DNA from: Patescibacteria group bacterium
GTDB lineage: Bacteria; Patescibacteriota; JABMPQ01
Direction of reading: 5' to 3'
DNA length: 64,000 bases
Assembly: GCA_041749335.1 (NCBI GenBank)
Contig: JBGTBM010000010.1
Span: 68,533-132,532 of the forward strand
Shown: positions 48,515 to 58,596 of the stretch, piece by piece
How positions within the stretch are numbered: position 1 is the stretch's first letter
How the letters are laid out: each line of letters starts with the position of its first letter
Notes under the pieces: generated by a model
The model's database searches: none
Seen by the model: only the letters and a program-made list of their open reading frames with translations
What the model was told of the DNA's origin: nothing
Position numbers and translations under genes: made by a program

Positions 48515-49777
48515 TTATGTTTGCATCATTTTTACCACTCTCCTTAAAACACCATGAATGACATCTTCCTCTCCCGCCAAATCAATTGCTAGATTTGCCA
48601 ATGCCATAGGAGCAATGTCTTGTTGATCAATTAATTTTTTTGTTTGATCAATAATATTTACAACGTCACCCGGTTTAATAAAATCTACCTTGGGTGGTTT
48701 TGAAAACGGTAAATTTTTTATCCATTTATCCGATTCCAGCAATGACTTTATGCCCGGCAGAACACTGCCTCCTCCGCATAGCATAATTTTAGAAGGTAAT
48801 AAATCAACATTGGTAAATTCGCTTAAGGCTAATTCAACTCCTGAAAGCCAAACTCTACAATCAGAATCCAATATGTCCTTAATTCGATGCATTTTATCCG
48901 CTTGTAAATTATTATTGGAATAATTTATTTTAAGCTTTTCGGCTTCATTAAAATTTGTTCCTAATTCATTTGATATTCTTTTAGTAAATGCTCTGCCGCC
49001 CAATGCAAACATCTTGGTGCCTTCAAGACCGCCATTTCTAACTACCGCTATATCAGTGGTCCCCCCGCCTACATCAATAAATATCGCGCTAAATTCCACT
49101 GAATCTTCAATTCCAGTACAGCGTGCAACCGCATAGGGCTCGGCTGCAATAGATAAAAGATCCATATCTAATTCGGTAGCAATTGTTTGTAGCGCTCCAA
49201 GATGTACTAGCGGAGCAAAGGCGTTAAAAATTGAAACCGCAACATCTTTCCCTTGAAATCCTAAGGGGTTGGTGATTTTATATCCATCAATTTTTACATC
49301 AACAACCGCAGCGTTAATTAATTTTACGTCTATCTCATTATGGCCGGTTTCCCACGAAAGCTGTTTACGAACTTTATCAAAAGCTTTCCATTGAACCTTG
49401 TGGATAATATTCTTTAATTCAGATAAATCAATTTTTGATTTAGGCTTAGCTCGCTCGTATTTAACGGTAGTGGTTGTACCCTTTACTAATTCTCCGGCAA
49501 TTCCCAAAATAACCTGATCGGGCAGCACCTGTGCCTCTTCTTTAGCCGTGATAATCGCTTTTTCACAGGTATTAACCACCCCTTCGATATTAGTAACTCC
49601 CCCCGATTGCATGTCGCCTAACTTTTGCCTTTCCCTGCCGACTCCAATAACTTTGCCTTTGCCATTTTCCAAATCAATTTCAAAAATTAAAGCTTTAACC
49701 ACTTCTGTCCCAATATCTAGAGCTAGAGCATAATTACCCAATTTTTCTCTGCTTAATAATTTTTCAAAAAATCCCAT
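48515..49777 (-). CDS. FtsA-like actin-fold ATPase
   Basis: ALDIGTE.VK, AEPYA, DVGGGTTD, LCGGG. Confidence 0.85.
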   Translation of the reverse strand: MGFFEKLLSREKLGNYALALDIGTEVVKALIFEIDLENGKGKVIGVGRERQKLGDMQSGGVTNIEGVVNTCEKAIITAKEEAQVLPDQVILGIAGELVKGTTTTVKYERAKPKSKIDLSELKNIIHKVQWKAFDKVRKQLSWETGHNEIDVKLINAAVVDVKIDGYKITNPLGFQGKDVAVSIFNAFAPLVHLGALQTIATELDMDLLSIAAEPYAVARCTGIEDSVEFSAIFIDVGGGTTDIAVVRNGGLEGTKMFALGGRAFTKRISNELGTNFNEAEKLKINYSNNNLQADKMHRIKDILDSDCRVWLSGVELALSEFTNVDLLPSKIMLCGGGSVLPGIKSLLESDKWIKNLPFSKPPKVDFIKPGDVVNIIDQTKKLIDQQDIAPMALANLAIDLAGEEDVIHGVLRRVVKMMQT

Positions 49778-49874
49778 AATAATATTTTATATAAAAAAAT
49801 AACCTTAATATATAAATTATATCAAATTAAATCATTGTTGTAATGTATAAAAACTACTCAATTTTTTTTGTGTT

Positions 49875-51671
49875 TTATTCTAATACAGCTTTTATGCGCC
49901 TAACATTAGAGCCTAGTGATTCTTCTTTAATGATCCTGAATTTTCCCAGCTCGCCAGTAAATTCAATATGAGGCCCTCCACAAACCTCTTTGCTAAAATT
50001 TTCTATCATATACACATTTACTTCATCTGGATAGCTTTCTCCTTCGATATATAATGCTCCCTCATTTTGAGCTTCGGATAATTTCATTTTTTTCATCTCA
50101 ACCTGATAATTATTGATAATTACTTGATTAACCAAGTCCTCAACTTTTTTTAATTCATCTGAAGTTAGTTTTTGAGGATGAGAAAAATCAAATCTTAATC
50201 TTTCAGGGGTAATATTACTTCCTTTTTGACGCACATGGCCCCCCAACACCTTCCGCAACGCTTCTTGTAAAATATGAGTGGCCGTATGATATTTAATGGT
50301 TGCTTCAGAACATTCCGCCAACCCTCCTTTAAATTTTTTAGTTGCTCCAGCGCGAGATTTTTCCTGATGTCTGGCATAAGCTTGGCAAAATCCCTCTCGA
50401 TCGATTTTGAAATTATTTTCTTTAGCTAATTCTTCAGTAATTTCAATAGGAAAACCAAAAGTATCATATAATTTAAATACTTCGTCTCCAGTAACCAGTG
50501 ACTCTTTTTTATCTTCAATTATTTTATGAAACTGCTTTAATCCTCTATCCAAAGTCTGCTCAAATTTATCTTCTTCTTTTTGAATTTCTTCAATTATCTT
50601 ATTTTTATTTTTTGATAAATTGGGATAATGAGTTTTAAGATCCTCAATTACTACTTGAGCTACCAACGTGCTTAAATTTTTCTGCCGATTAATATTCAAA
50701 CTTTTGCTATGTCTTATGGCTCTTCTAATTAATCTTCTTAAAATATATCCTTGATCAATATTAGAAGGAATTATCCCATCCGCCAAAATCATTACAGCCG
50801 CCCTCAAATGATCAACTATGATCCTCATGGGTTTTATATCGGTTTTATCTACACAGACATTACAAACTACATCAAATATTTTTGATAAAGTATCAATTTC
50901 ATAAACATTATTTTTGCCTTGCAATACCGCAGATATGCGCTCCAGACCCATTCCCGTATCTATATTTTTTTGTTTAAGTTTAACGTATTCAAATTTTTCT
51001 TCTTTATTGTTATTAATTTTAATCTTTTTTTCATATTCCATAAAAACTAAATTCCAAACCTCAACAAATCTCCCACAATTACAATTAGGATGACATTTAT
51101 CTCCAAATTCTTTCCGATGAATATTGTCAGTTTCAATAAATATTTCTGAATCCGGACCACAAGGCCCCACCTCGCCCGCCGGACCCCACCAATTCTCACT
51201 TCGGCCATAAAAAAATATTCTATCTGCGGGAAGGCCAAGATCCTTCCAAGCTCGATAAGATTCGGTATCTTTTTTTATATCTTTATCGCCTTCATAAACA
51301 GATACCCATATTTTATCTTTGGCGATCCCAAGCCATTTTTCATTCGTTAAAAATTCCCAGGCATATTCAATAGCCTCCTTACGACCATAATCATTTAAGG
51401 ACCAGTTTCCCAGCATTTCAAAAAATGTCATATGCCAATTATCCCCAACTTCATCAATATCCGGCGTCCTTAAACATTTTTGAAAATTCACTAATCTGCT
51501 GCCCTTGGGATGTTTTTGTCCTAATAAATAAGGTACCAAAGGGTGCATTCCGGCAGTAGTAAATAAAACAGAGGGATCGTGTTCGGGAATTAATGAAGCG
51601 GATGGTATAATTTTATGCGCTTTGGTAACAAAATAATTTAAGTATTTTTCTCGTATTTGATTTATATCCAT
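49875..51671 (-). CDS. alaS: alanine-tRNA ligase, short form lacking C-Ala
   Basis: LFTTAGM, FFEMLGNWS, GPCGP, IDTGMGLER, HTATH, CGGPH; 598 aa. Confidence 0.96.
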   Translation of the reverse strand: MDINQIREKYLNYFVTKAHKIIPSASLIPEHDPSVLFTTAGMHPLVPYLLGQKHPKGSRLVNFQKCLRTPDIDEVGDNWHMTFFEMLGNWSLNDYGRKEAIEYAWEFLTNEKWLGIAKDKIWVSVYEGDKDIKKDTESYRAWKDLGLPADRIFFYGRSENWWGPAGEVGPCGPDSEIFIETDNIHRKEFGDKCHPNCNCGRFVEVWNLVFMEYEKKIKINNNKEEKFEYVKLKQKNIDTGMGLERISAVLQGKNNVYEIDTLSKIFDVVCNVCVDKTDIKPMRIIVDHLRAAVMILADGIIPSNIDQGYILRRLIRRAIRHSKSLNINRQKNLSTLVAQVVIEDLKTHYPNLSKNKNKIIEEIQKEEDKFEQTLDRGLKQFHKIIEDKKESLVTGDEVFKLYDTFGFPIEITEELAKENNFKIDREGFCQAYARHQEKSRAGATKKFKGGLAECSEATIKYHTATHILQEALRKVLGGHVRQKGSNITPERLRFDFSHPQKLTSDELKKVEDLVNQVIINNYQVEMKKMKLSEAQNEGALYIEGESYPDEVNVYMIENFSKEVCGGPHIEFTGELGKFRIIKEESLGSNVRRIKAVLE

Positions 51672-51673
51672 TG

Positions 51674-51895
51674 TTATTCTGACTCTAATCTTGATTTAGT
51701 AATATCTCTATTAAGTGATTTTTCTTGATTCAATAATTCATCCAATTCACCCTCTTCAAGCTCCTTTTTCTTTTCTAGTTCCTTGATTTGCTTATCAATT
51801 TCCCTTATGCTTTTTTCCTTTTTTCCTATTTCATCTTCCAAATCTTCCAGTTCGCCCTCTAATACCCTTGTCGGGTCATTAAAATATGCTATCAT
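51674..51895 (-). CDS. small acidic coiled-coil protein
   Basis: 73 aa, E/K/L heptad pattern; overlaps the stop of the upstream gene (ATGA) and fills the gap to alaS. Confidence 0.7.
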   Translation of the reverse strand: MIAYFNDPTRVLEGELEDLEDEIGKKEKSIREIDKQIKELEKKKELEEGELDELLNQEKSLNRDITKSRLESE

Positions 51896-52839
51896 TTTCT
51901 TTTTTTCCTAATTAATAAATATGTTATCAGCCAATATATTACAAAATATGTTATAAATAAAAACCAGCCAATATTGGTATGGAAATATGTCACCGCCACT
52001 CTGGGATCATAATAAATTCCAACTAAATATAATAAGTAAATCCGAATGATATTGATAATAAACATACCGATCAGTCCGATTATGCCCGCCATAACCGCCT
52101 TAAACCAACTGATTTCTTTTCGATCAATAACCACGATTAGAATAAACAAAAATAAAAATAAACTCAAACCTTCAATTCCCGAACACGGGCTTTGAATCAG
52201 GGCTGTAAAATTACTAGCGCCTAAAAGCGGCCCTCCTGTCTGATAGCGCACCACGACATCTTCAAAGCTGAATCTTAATAAAAAAGCTACCACATCGGTC
52301 GTTGCCCGTGCGAATATTTCCCAATATTGTTTAAAAAACATCGAGATTTGATAAAAAACAATCGCCAAGATAAAAGACATGGCAACCGAGTTTTTATAAT
52401 CTTTAATAAATTGGAATCTGAATAATGCCAAAAATAAGAAAATAACTGCTAGCAGGGGCAATAAATATCTAAGTCCAATCACAAAATATTTATAATCAAA
52501 GATTAAATTAGGATTTTCAATAATTATTTTTTTCAAAAAATAAAATAAAATAAATGCCAATAAATGAAGTGGAAAAAAGATTGCAAAACCTTTAATATTA
52601 ATTTTAAATTTTTTAATATTTAAAATTCTTCTTCTTTCAAAGGCGATAAAAATAATAATAATTAAAAATAGTATAATAACCGACGTCCTACCCAATACAT
52701 TTAATTGAGCTAGCATCTTTGATTCAGGATATAAATGTTTTTGGGCATATAAAATTCCAACAAAAAGCATGAAGCTATAAAACATTCTCCTTAACGCTGG
52801 GTTTTTTATTTTTTTTACGATTGATTTGATTATGTTCAT
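51892..52839 (-). CDS. exosortase/archaeosortase family protein
   Basis: Multi-TM with Cys-Arg-His triad motifs SPCSGIEG, NIIRI, YFH. Confidence 0.85.
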   Translation of the reverse strand: MNIIKSIVKKIKNPALRRMFYSFMLFVGILYAQKHLYPESKMLAQLNVLGRTSVIILFLIIIIFIAFERRRILNIKKFKINIKGFAIFFPLHLLAFILFYFLKKIIIENPNLIFDYKYFVIGLRYLLPLLAVIFLFLALFRFQFIKDYKNSVAMSFILAIVFYQISMFFKQYWEIFARATTDVVAFLLRFSFEDVVVRYQTGGPLLGASNFTALIQSPCSGIEGLSLFLFLFILIVVIDRKEISWFKAVMAGIIGLIGMFIINIIRIYLLYLVGIYYDPRVAVTYFHTNIGWFLFITYFVIYWLITYLLIRKKRK

Positions 52840-52840
52840 A

Positions 52841-53956
52841 TTATTTTTTATATCTTTTTCTAATAATCCCTCCGCCTATCAATTTGTTTTTTTGATAAAA
52901 TACAACGGATTGCCCGGGCATAACGGCCCTTTGAGGATTTTTAAATTTGAGATGAAATTTGTTATTATCTATTCTTGATATTATAGCTTTCGCAGGTTCG
53001 TGTCTATATCGAATAGCAGCATATAATCCACAGGGAAATTTAATATCCCCAAAAAGCCAATTGGCATCGGTAAATTCCAATTCCTCCGCAAACATGGCGC
53101 TATCGTTTTCATTATCTGTAACAATTAATTCATTGTTTTTATAATCCAAATCAACAACATAATATGGTTTTGCCGAAGCAATTTGAATTCCTCTTCGTTG
53201 TCCAATGGTATAAAATTGCAAACCCTCATGTGTTCCGATAATTTCACCCTCGATATTTACAATATTGCCCTTTTTATATTTTTTTAAATAACGCTTTAAA
53301 AAATCATTTATATTTTTTTCTAAAATAAAACATATCCCTTGGCTATCTTTGCTTTGAGCCGACGGCAAATTAAATTTATTTGCCATTTTTCTAACATCAC
53401 TTTTTAAATAATTTCCAAGTGGAAATATTAGATATTTTAATTGCTCTTTCTGTATATTATATAAAAAATATGATTGGTCTTTTTTATTATCTCGCGCTTT
53501 ATAAAGATTGTATTCACCGGCATTTTTTTTATTTTTAATATAATGCCCGGTCGCTAAATACTTATAGCCAAGTATATTTATTTTTTTAAATAAAAAATCA
53601 AATTTTATTTTTTTATTGCATGCAATACAGGGATTTGGTGTAAATCCGATTTCATATTCATTAATGAAATAATCTACTACATATTTTTTAAATTCTTCTT
53701 CAAAATGAAACACATAGAACGGGATACCTAATATGCGGGCAACCTGCCGCGCTTTCTCTTGCGCGTTTAATGAACAACATTTGTTTCCTATTTCATGATA
53801 TTGGGCCTCAATATCAGATTGCTCATGCCAAAAATGCATAAAAATGCCGATAACATCATAACCTTTATTTTTTAAAAGTGCGGCCGCCACCGATGAATCT
53901 ACTCCGCCGGATAACGCTACCGCAACTTTTATTTTTCTGCCTTGAGATGCAAACAT
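52841..53956 (-). CDS. mnmA: tRNA 2-thiouridine(34) synthase
   Basis: SGGVDSSV, TPNPC..CN, ATGHY, KDQSYFL, DSQGICF, PGQSVVFY. Confidence 0.97.
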   Translation of the reverse strand: MFASQGRKIKVAVALSGGVDSSVAAALLKNKGYDVIGIFMHFWHEQSDIEAQYHEIGNKCCSLNAQEKARQVARILGIPFYVFHFEEEFKKYVVDYFINEYEIGFTPNPCIACNKKIKFDFLFKKINILGYKYLATGHYIKNKKNAGEYNLYKARDNKKDQSYFLYNIQKEQLKYLIFPLGNYLKSDVRKMANKFNLPSAQSKDSQGICFILEKNINDFLKRYLKKYKKGNIVNIEGEIIGTHEGLQFYTIGQRRGIQIASAKPYYVVDLDYKNNELIVTDNENDSAMFAEELEFTDANWLFGDIKFPCGLYAAIRYRHEPAKAIISRIDNNKFHLKFKNPQRAVMPGQSVVFYQKNKLIGGGIIRKRYKK

Positions 53957-55468
53957 CTATTTTTTCAATTTTATCACTTGTCCGGGATCAATATTATTGT
54001 TCTCTGTTTTTTTAGTATTTTTATTTATAGTTTTTTTATCGCTTAACAACTCGGCGAAAGCCTTTTTGAACGGTTGGTGATTTTCTTCTTTTTTAGGCTT
54101 GGCGGGCGCATTTAATTTATCTATTTTTGATTTATTTGTTTTCCCGCTATAAGAATTATATGAAGATTCTTTATTTTTTGGCTTTTCTTCCATTATACCG
54201 CTCCATTTGGCTATTTTTTCTTCTACAATTGATCTTTCGGTAGAATATCTTTCACGCGAAACGCTTATTATTTTTTCTTTATGTCCCTCTTCAGCCCAAG
54301 TCGGAGCCAAGGTTATGGCAGAAAAAGGTTGACTAGCAACGCCATCAATCATCAATTTTAAATATATATGAAACTTAGTTAAATTAACTAAATCATTTTC
54401 TTCAAAAATCGGCTCATATTCTTTGGCAATAAATTCAGAATCCGCAGCACCTATTCTAAAATTTATTATAGTTCCAACATTTCCAAATACAGCAAATTTA
54501 ACTTTTTCTGATAACTGATCAATATATTGATGCGCCATTATTAAATCTAAACGATACTTTCTAGCTTCAGATAAAATATCGGCAAAGCTATCGGTAGCAA
54601 AATTTTGAAACTCATCAACGTATAAATAAAAATCTGATCGCTTTTCTTCACTAATATCAACTCGGCTCATTGCCGCTAATTGTAACTTAGTAATCATCAT
54701 CGCGCCAAAAAGTGCCGCCGCATCCTCACCAACTTTTCCCTTGGCAAGATTTAGCAGCAATATTTTTTTATTATCCATAATTTCTCGCATATTTAGAGTA
54801 GATTTTGTCTGACCAACAATATTTCTAATTAGCGAAATAGATAGAAACTGGCCAACCTTATTTTGGATCGGAGCAATTGCTTCGGCCATAAATCTATCGG
54901 GATATTTTGAAAATTCTTCAACCCAAAATTGTTTTACTACCGGATCAACAATGCTAACAATCACTTTTTTTCTATATTCTTTATCAACAAGCATTCTCAT
55001 GGTACCCAATAACGTACTGCCCGGATAATCAAGCAGCGCTAAAATTGTATTTCTTAAAACATATTCTAACCTTGGTCCCCAGGAATCAGCCCAAATCTTT
55101 TTAAATACTCCAACTAATCCCGAAGCTACTAAATGTTTATATTGGGGATCGACATTTTCCATCACATTAAATGCAATCGGATAATCCACATCTCCAGGAT
55201 CAAAATATATAACATCGTTAATTCTTTCAGAAGGAACATAATTTAGCATTTTTTCCGCAAATTCTCCATGTGGATCGACCACGCACAAACCATTGCCATT
55301 TTTAATATCAGAAATAACCATATTTTCAAGCAAGGTAGTTTTACCCATACCCGTTTTCCCAATAATATAAACATGCCTTCTTCTATCATCAGTTTTAATT
55401 CCAAAAACCGTCTCCTTGCCGCGAAAGTCGGTTTTACCTAATAAGCTAATTTGTTCTTCAGATTTCAT
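53957..55468 (-). CDS. TraD/VirD4-HerA-like ATPase (CPR type IV coupling protein family)
   Basis: GKTGMGKTT Walker A, DPHGE, YVDEFQNF, LSEARKY.L...AHQY. Confidence 0.9.
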   Translation of the reverse strand: MKSEEQISLLGKTDFRGKETVFGIKTDDRRRHVYIIGKTGMGKTTLLENMVISDIKNGNGLCVVDPHGEFAEKMLNYVPSERINDVIYFDPGDVDYPIAFNVMENVDPQYKHLVASGLVGVFKKIWADSWGPRLEYVLRNTILALLDYPGSTLLGTMRMLVDKEYRKKVIVSIVDPVVKQFWVEEFSKYPDRFMAEAIAPIQNKVGQFLSISLIRNIVGQTKSTLNMREIMDNKKILLLNLAKGKVGEDAAALFGAMMITKLQLAAMSRVDISEEKRSDFYLYVDEFQNFATDSFADILSEARKYRLDLIMAHQYIDQLSEKVKFAVFGNVGTIINFRIGAADSEFIAKEYEPIFEENDLVNLTKFHIYLKLMIDGVASQPFSAITLAPTWAEEGHKEKIISVSRERYSTERSIVEEKIAKWSGIMEEKPKNKESSYNSYSGKTNKSKIDKLNAPAKPKKEENHQPFKKAFAELLSDKKTINKNTKKTENNNIDPGQVIKLKK

Positions 55469-55472
55469 AATT

Positions 55473-56738
55473 TTATTCTATGGGTAGATCGGTTGGGGGC
55501 ATACTCTTTCTTGATTCAGCTCTAACCAAAGAAGGAGCTTTGACTGAAATATAAGGAAAATGATAAATAGTTGCCAGTTCTTCGACATTAAAAACAAATG
55601 ATTTAGAACCACCGGTATCTCTGGCTTTATATCTTCTTACAATATTGTTTTGTAATCTCGGTGCTAGCTGTTTTGCAAAATATGGCCTTAGTGTCCAATA
55701 CTTTTTATTAGGCACCAAGCTATTTAAATTTTGCGACCCAAACGCCTTAAAGGCTCCAAATAAAGGATTTATTCCCTTCTTACTTGAAAATGCGACCTTT
55801 TTACCAATATACATCACTCTTAATTTTACCTTAAAGCCAATTTTAGCAACATTGCCTTCGATTGCCTCTACAATTTCTCTTTGTCCCGGAGTTAAATATT
55901 GCATTTCATTTATCATGTCATCCCTTTTAGTGCTTTTTTGATCTGCCGCGCCTGCAGGTTCGATAAGTCCAACTACCATATGGATTCCTTGAATAAGCAT
56001 TGGAGTTTTAGTCTTTTCTTTTTTGCCAATCAACTTATTAACAATTTTTTCTCCGCCCTTTTTCCATTCATCGCCAACGGGCTCTAAAATCATTTGTACC
56101 CACATTTGCTCATCAACCGACATTGTGCTCATAACCTCTAACAAATTAGATAGCGGATCCATAAACTCTTTTTCAATATCGTCTGTAAAAAATTTATAAG
56201 TTTTTATCGGATATGGATCCGGCTTACTCAAAGTTAGCTCCGCTCCAAATACATCATATGTATCATTTGGATACTCTTTGGGAATAAATTGTGCGTAATC
56301 CTCTACTTCCATTATTTCCGCTTCTGGATATTGAGAGTAAATATTTGCCTCGACAAAATCCCTAAAATAATCCGGAGTTCTGATAATAAATCTGATATTG
56401 CCGCCGATACTTACTAATTCAAAAGTAAAAGTATCCTGTGTTTTACCTTTAAACCATTTATCAACGAAAGTTGGTCGGGATTTTATCGCATGCAATCCGG
56501 AAAATATTAATTCCATATATTTAGGGTTCTTTTCATTAGTGTCGGGTACTGTAACAGCCAAGAATATATGATTAATAGAGCTGGAATATTTTTCTCTCTT
56601 TTTTAACAACCAAAGGTAATAGATAACCGCGGCTAAAACAAAAAAAAGAATCCACCATGAATATCTAAAAACAATAGAAAAATAAGCCCAATATTCCTTT
56701 AAATATTCAAAAATTTCAAATTTTGGAAATTCAATCAT
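55473..56738 (-). CDS. conserved CPR protein partnering the TraD-like ATPase
   Basis: N-terminal TM; IYSQYPEAEI.EV.DY, YPIKTY, DPLS, EELATIYHFP motifs. Confidence 0.8.
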   Translation of the reverse strand: MIEFPKFEIFEYLKEYWAYFSIVFRYSWWILFFVLAAVIYYLWLLKKREKYSSSINHIFLAVTVPDTNEKNPKYMELIFSGLHAIKSRPTFVDKWFKGKTQDTFTFELVSIGGNIRFIIRTPDYFRDFVEANIYSQYPEAEIMEVEDYAQFIPKEYPNDTYDVFGAELTLSKPDPYPIKTYKFFTDDIEKEFMDPLSNLLEVMSTMSVDEQMWVQMILEPVGDEWKKGGEKIVNKLIGKKEKTKTPMLIQGIHMVVGLIEPAGAADQKSTKRDDMINEMQYLTPGQREIVEAIEGNVAKIGFKVKLRVMYIGKKVAFSSKKGINPLFGAFKAFGSQNLNSLVPNKKYWTLRPYFAKQLAPRLQNNIVRRYKARDTGGSKSFVFNVEELATIYHFPYISVKAPSLVRAESRKSMPPTDLPIE

Positions 56739-56766
56739 AGCCTAATTTTCAATTTTGTTTTATATA

Positions 56767-57849
56767 TTATTTTTTTTCAACAGTATATTTTCTATCAGCG
56801 GTTTTGATAAACTTATCTTTATTTTGTAGAGCTAAAACAACAGTATTTCTTTTCACAATCCTCTGTTTCAATACAATATCAATCAACTCTTCTTTGGATA
56901 AAGGGCCGTCGGCTTTATTCAAAACATTCTCAATAACTTGGGCTACTGTTCCCGGATTATATCCCCACTCAACTAAAGCATACATACCCCTTCCAACTAA
57001 AACAAAACGCTTGTCTTTAATTAATTCATTATGAACAGTTTGAGAAATAGCTCTTTTGGCGCTAAAGTTCGCCTCGTTTATTTTTTTTGTTATTTCAGTA
57101 AAATGCAATGGCTTGCCATTTTTCTTAAGCACAAGATATGCTTTATCTTTCACACCCTTAGGAATAATTTCACTCCATGACGACAAACCCCATTCCCGAT
57201 ATGGATTACTAAGCACTCTTTTGCTTAAATTAAGATAAGACTTAACCGCTTTTTGATCTTCAACGCCAATCTCGCGAGAAACGGAACAATCTAATACGGA
57301 TTTTATCGCTTCTTCTTCAGTAAGTGGTTTTTTACTTTCAGTTAGCCTTTCCACTAAAGCATCAACAACCTTTTGAGGAATTTCAAGCTTAGCATTTTTT
57401 AATCCCCAAGCTTTTCTGGTATATTCTGTTTCATCAAAACATTCAAATTTATTACTTAAATTTAAAATAAATTCAACCACATTTTCATGAATTTGGTTAA
57501 CACCTGCCCGATCATTAAATTCCTTGATTAAGCTAACGTGCTCTACCATATTACCATTATCTTTAATAATTTCTTCTAATAATTCTTCGCATTCAAATAG
57601 TAAATTTATGTTGTCGCTTTTCTTTAAATCTTTAATAGTAGCCGACTCTATCTGTCTTACTCGTTCTCGCGTAATTCCATGGAATTTACCAATTTCTTCT
57701 AGTGTTTGCCGGTCTTTGTTATCTAAACCAAATCTCTTAACAATAATATCCTTAGTTCTTGGCTTTAGGCTTGAGATCAATGAAAATACCGCCTCGGTAG
57801 GATTTACTTGGCCATTGTTTATCTCGATTTTTTCTGTATTAATTTGCAT
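56767..57849 (-). CDS. sigma70 region 4 HTH plus HARE-HTH-like DNA-binding protein
   Basis: RFGL...TLEEIG...GITRERVRQIE; PLHFTEI...TVHNELI.D.RFVLVGRG.YAL.EWG. Confidence 0.85.
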   Translation of the reverse strand: MQINTEKIEINNGQVNPTEAVFSLISSLKPRTKDIIVKRFGLDNKDRQTLEEIGKFHGITRERVRQIESATIKDLKKSDNINLLFECEELLEEIIKDNGNMVEHVSLIKEFNDRAGVNQIHENVVEFILNLSNKFECFDETEYTRKAWGLKNAKLEIPQKVVDALVERLTESKKPLTEEEAIKSVLDCSVSREIGVEDQKAVKSYLNLSKRVLSNPYREWGLSSWSEIIPKGVKDKAYLVLKKNGKPLHFTEITKKINEANFSAKRAISQTVHNELIKDKRFVLVGRGMYALVEWGYNPGTVAQVIENVLNKADGPLSKEELIDIVLKQRIVKRNTVVLALQNKDKFIKTADRKYTVEKK

Positions 57850-57976
57850 ATATTTTCCTTCTATTAACAGATAATTTTATTTGCTAAAGTAAATGTATCA
57901 TAAATATTATATATTGTCAATACCCATAATACTTTCTTTATAATAGCACTCATTTAATATATGTCAAGAGTCTAAC

Positions 57977-58267
57977 CTAAATATATGCCTTAATTCTGTC
58001 AGCTTCACTTGACACGATACGGCTTTCTTCGTCTTCATATGTTCGAATACCGATCTTGTGCATTGGGCGACGAGAGTCTAAATGTAAATCAAAAATTATT
58101 TGAGAGCCCATCCTTTTAGCCTTAATATGGAATCTAGGATAATAGCCTGTTCCCAATCTTCTAATATAGCTTGTCTCGCCGCTCCTAGGATCTCTCCATG
58201 GCATATATCCGCATTTACGCATTATATATTTTTCATTTTGGCGAGGATTTTCTACCGTTATTTCCAT
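57977..58267 (-). CDS. conserved hypothetical protein
   Basis: SYIRRLG..YYPRFH...LHLD motif. Confidence 0.75.
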   Translation of the reverse strand: MEITVENPRQNEKYIMRKCGYMPWRDPRSGETSYIRRLGTGYYPRFHIKAKRMGSQIIFDLHLDSRRPMHKIGIRTYEDEESRIVSSEADRIKAYI

Positions 58268-58278
58268 AATATAATTTA

Positions 58279-58596
58279 TTAATTAATTTCTGACTTGATT
58301 TCTTCTTTAATGGCATTATCAATATTATCAGGCAAAAGATCTCCTTCCGGATTATGCTTAGTTGCCTCTTCATATACCTTTTCTTCAATATTTTCCTGTG
58401 CTGATTCCAAACCTTTTCTAATCAATTCTTTTTCCTTTTCTTTTATTTTATCGATATTTTCTTCCTTTTTTTCATTAAAATATTTCGATATATCGAAATT
58501 ATCAAAATATTTTTTTAAGGTAAATCCCGCGTAAGAAACGCCTGCAAGTAAAACACACATGATTGTAAAATATATGATAAATATTTTTTTCATCAA
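58279..58596 (-). CDS. membrane-anchored hypothetical protein
   Basis: N-terminal hydrophobic helix, charged tail; overlaps the mtaB stop. Confidence 0.7.
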   Translation of the reverse strand: MMKKIFIIYFTIMCVLLAGVSYAGFTLKKYFDNFDISKYFNEKKEENIDKIKEKEKELIRKGLESAQENIEEKVYEEATKHNPEGDLLPDNIDNAIKEEIKSEIN

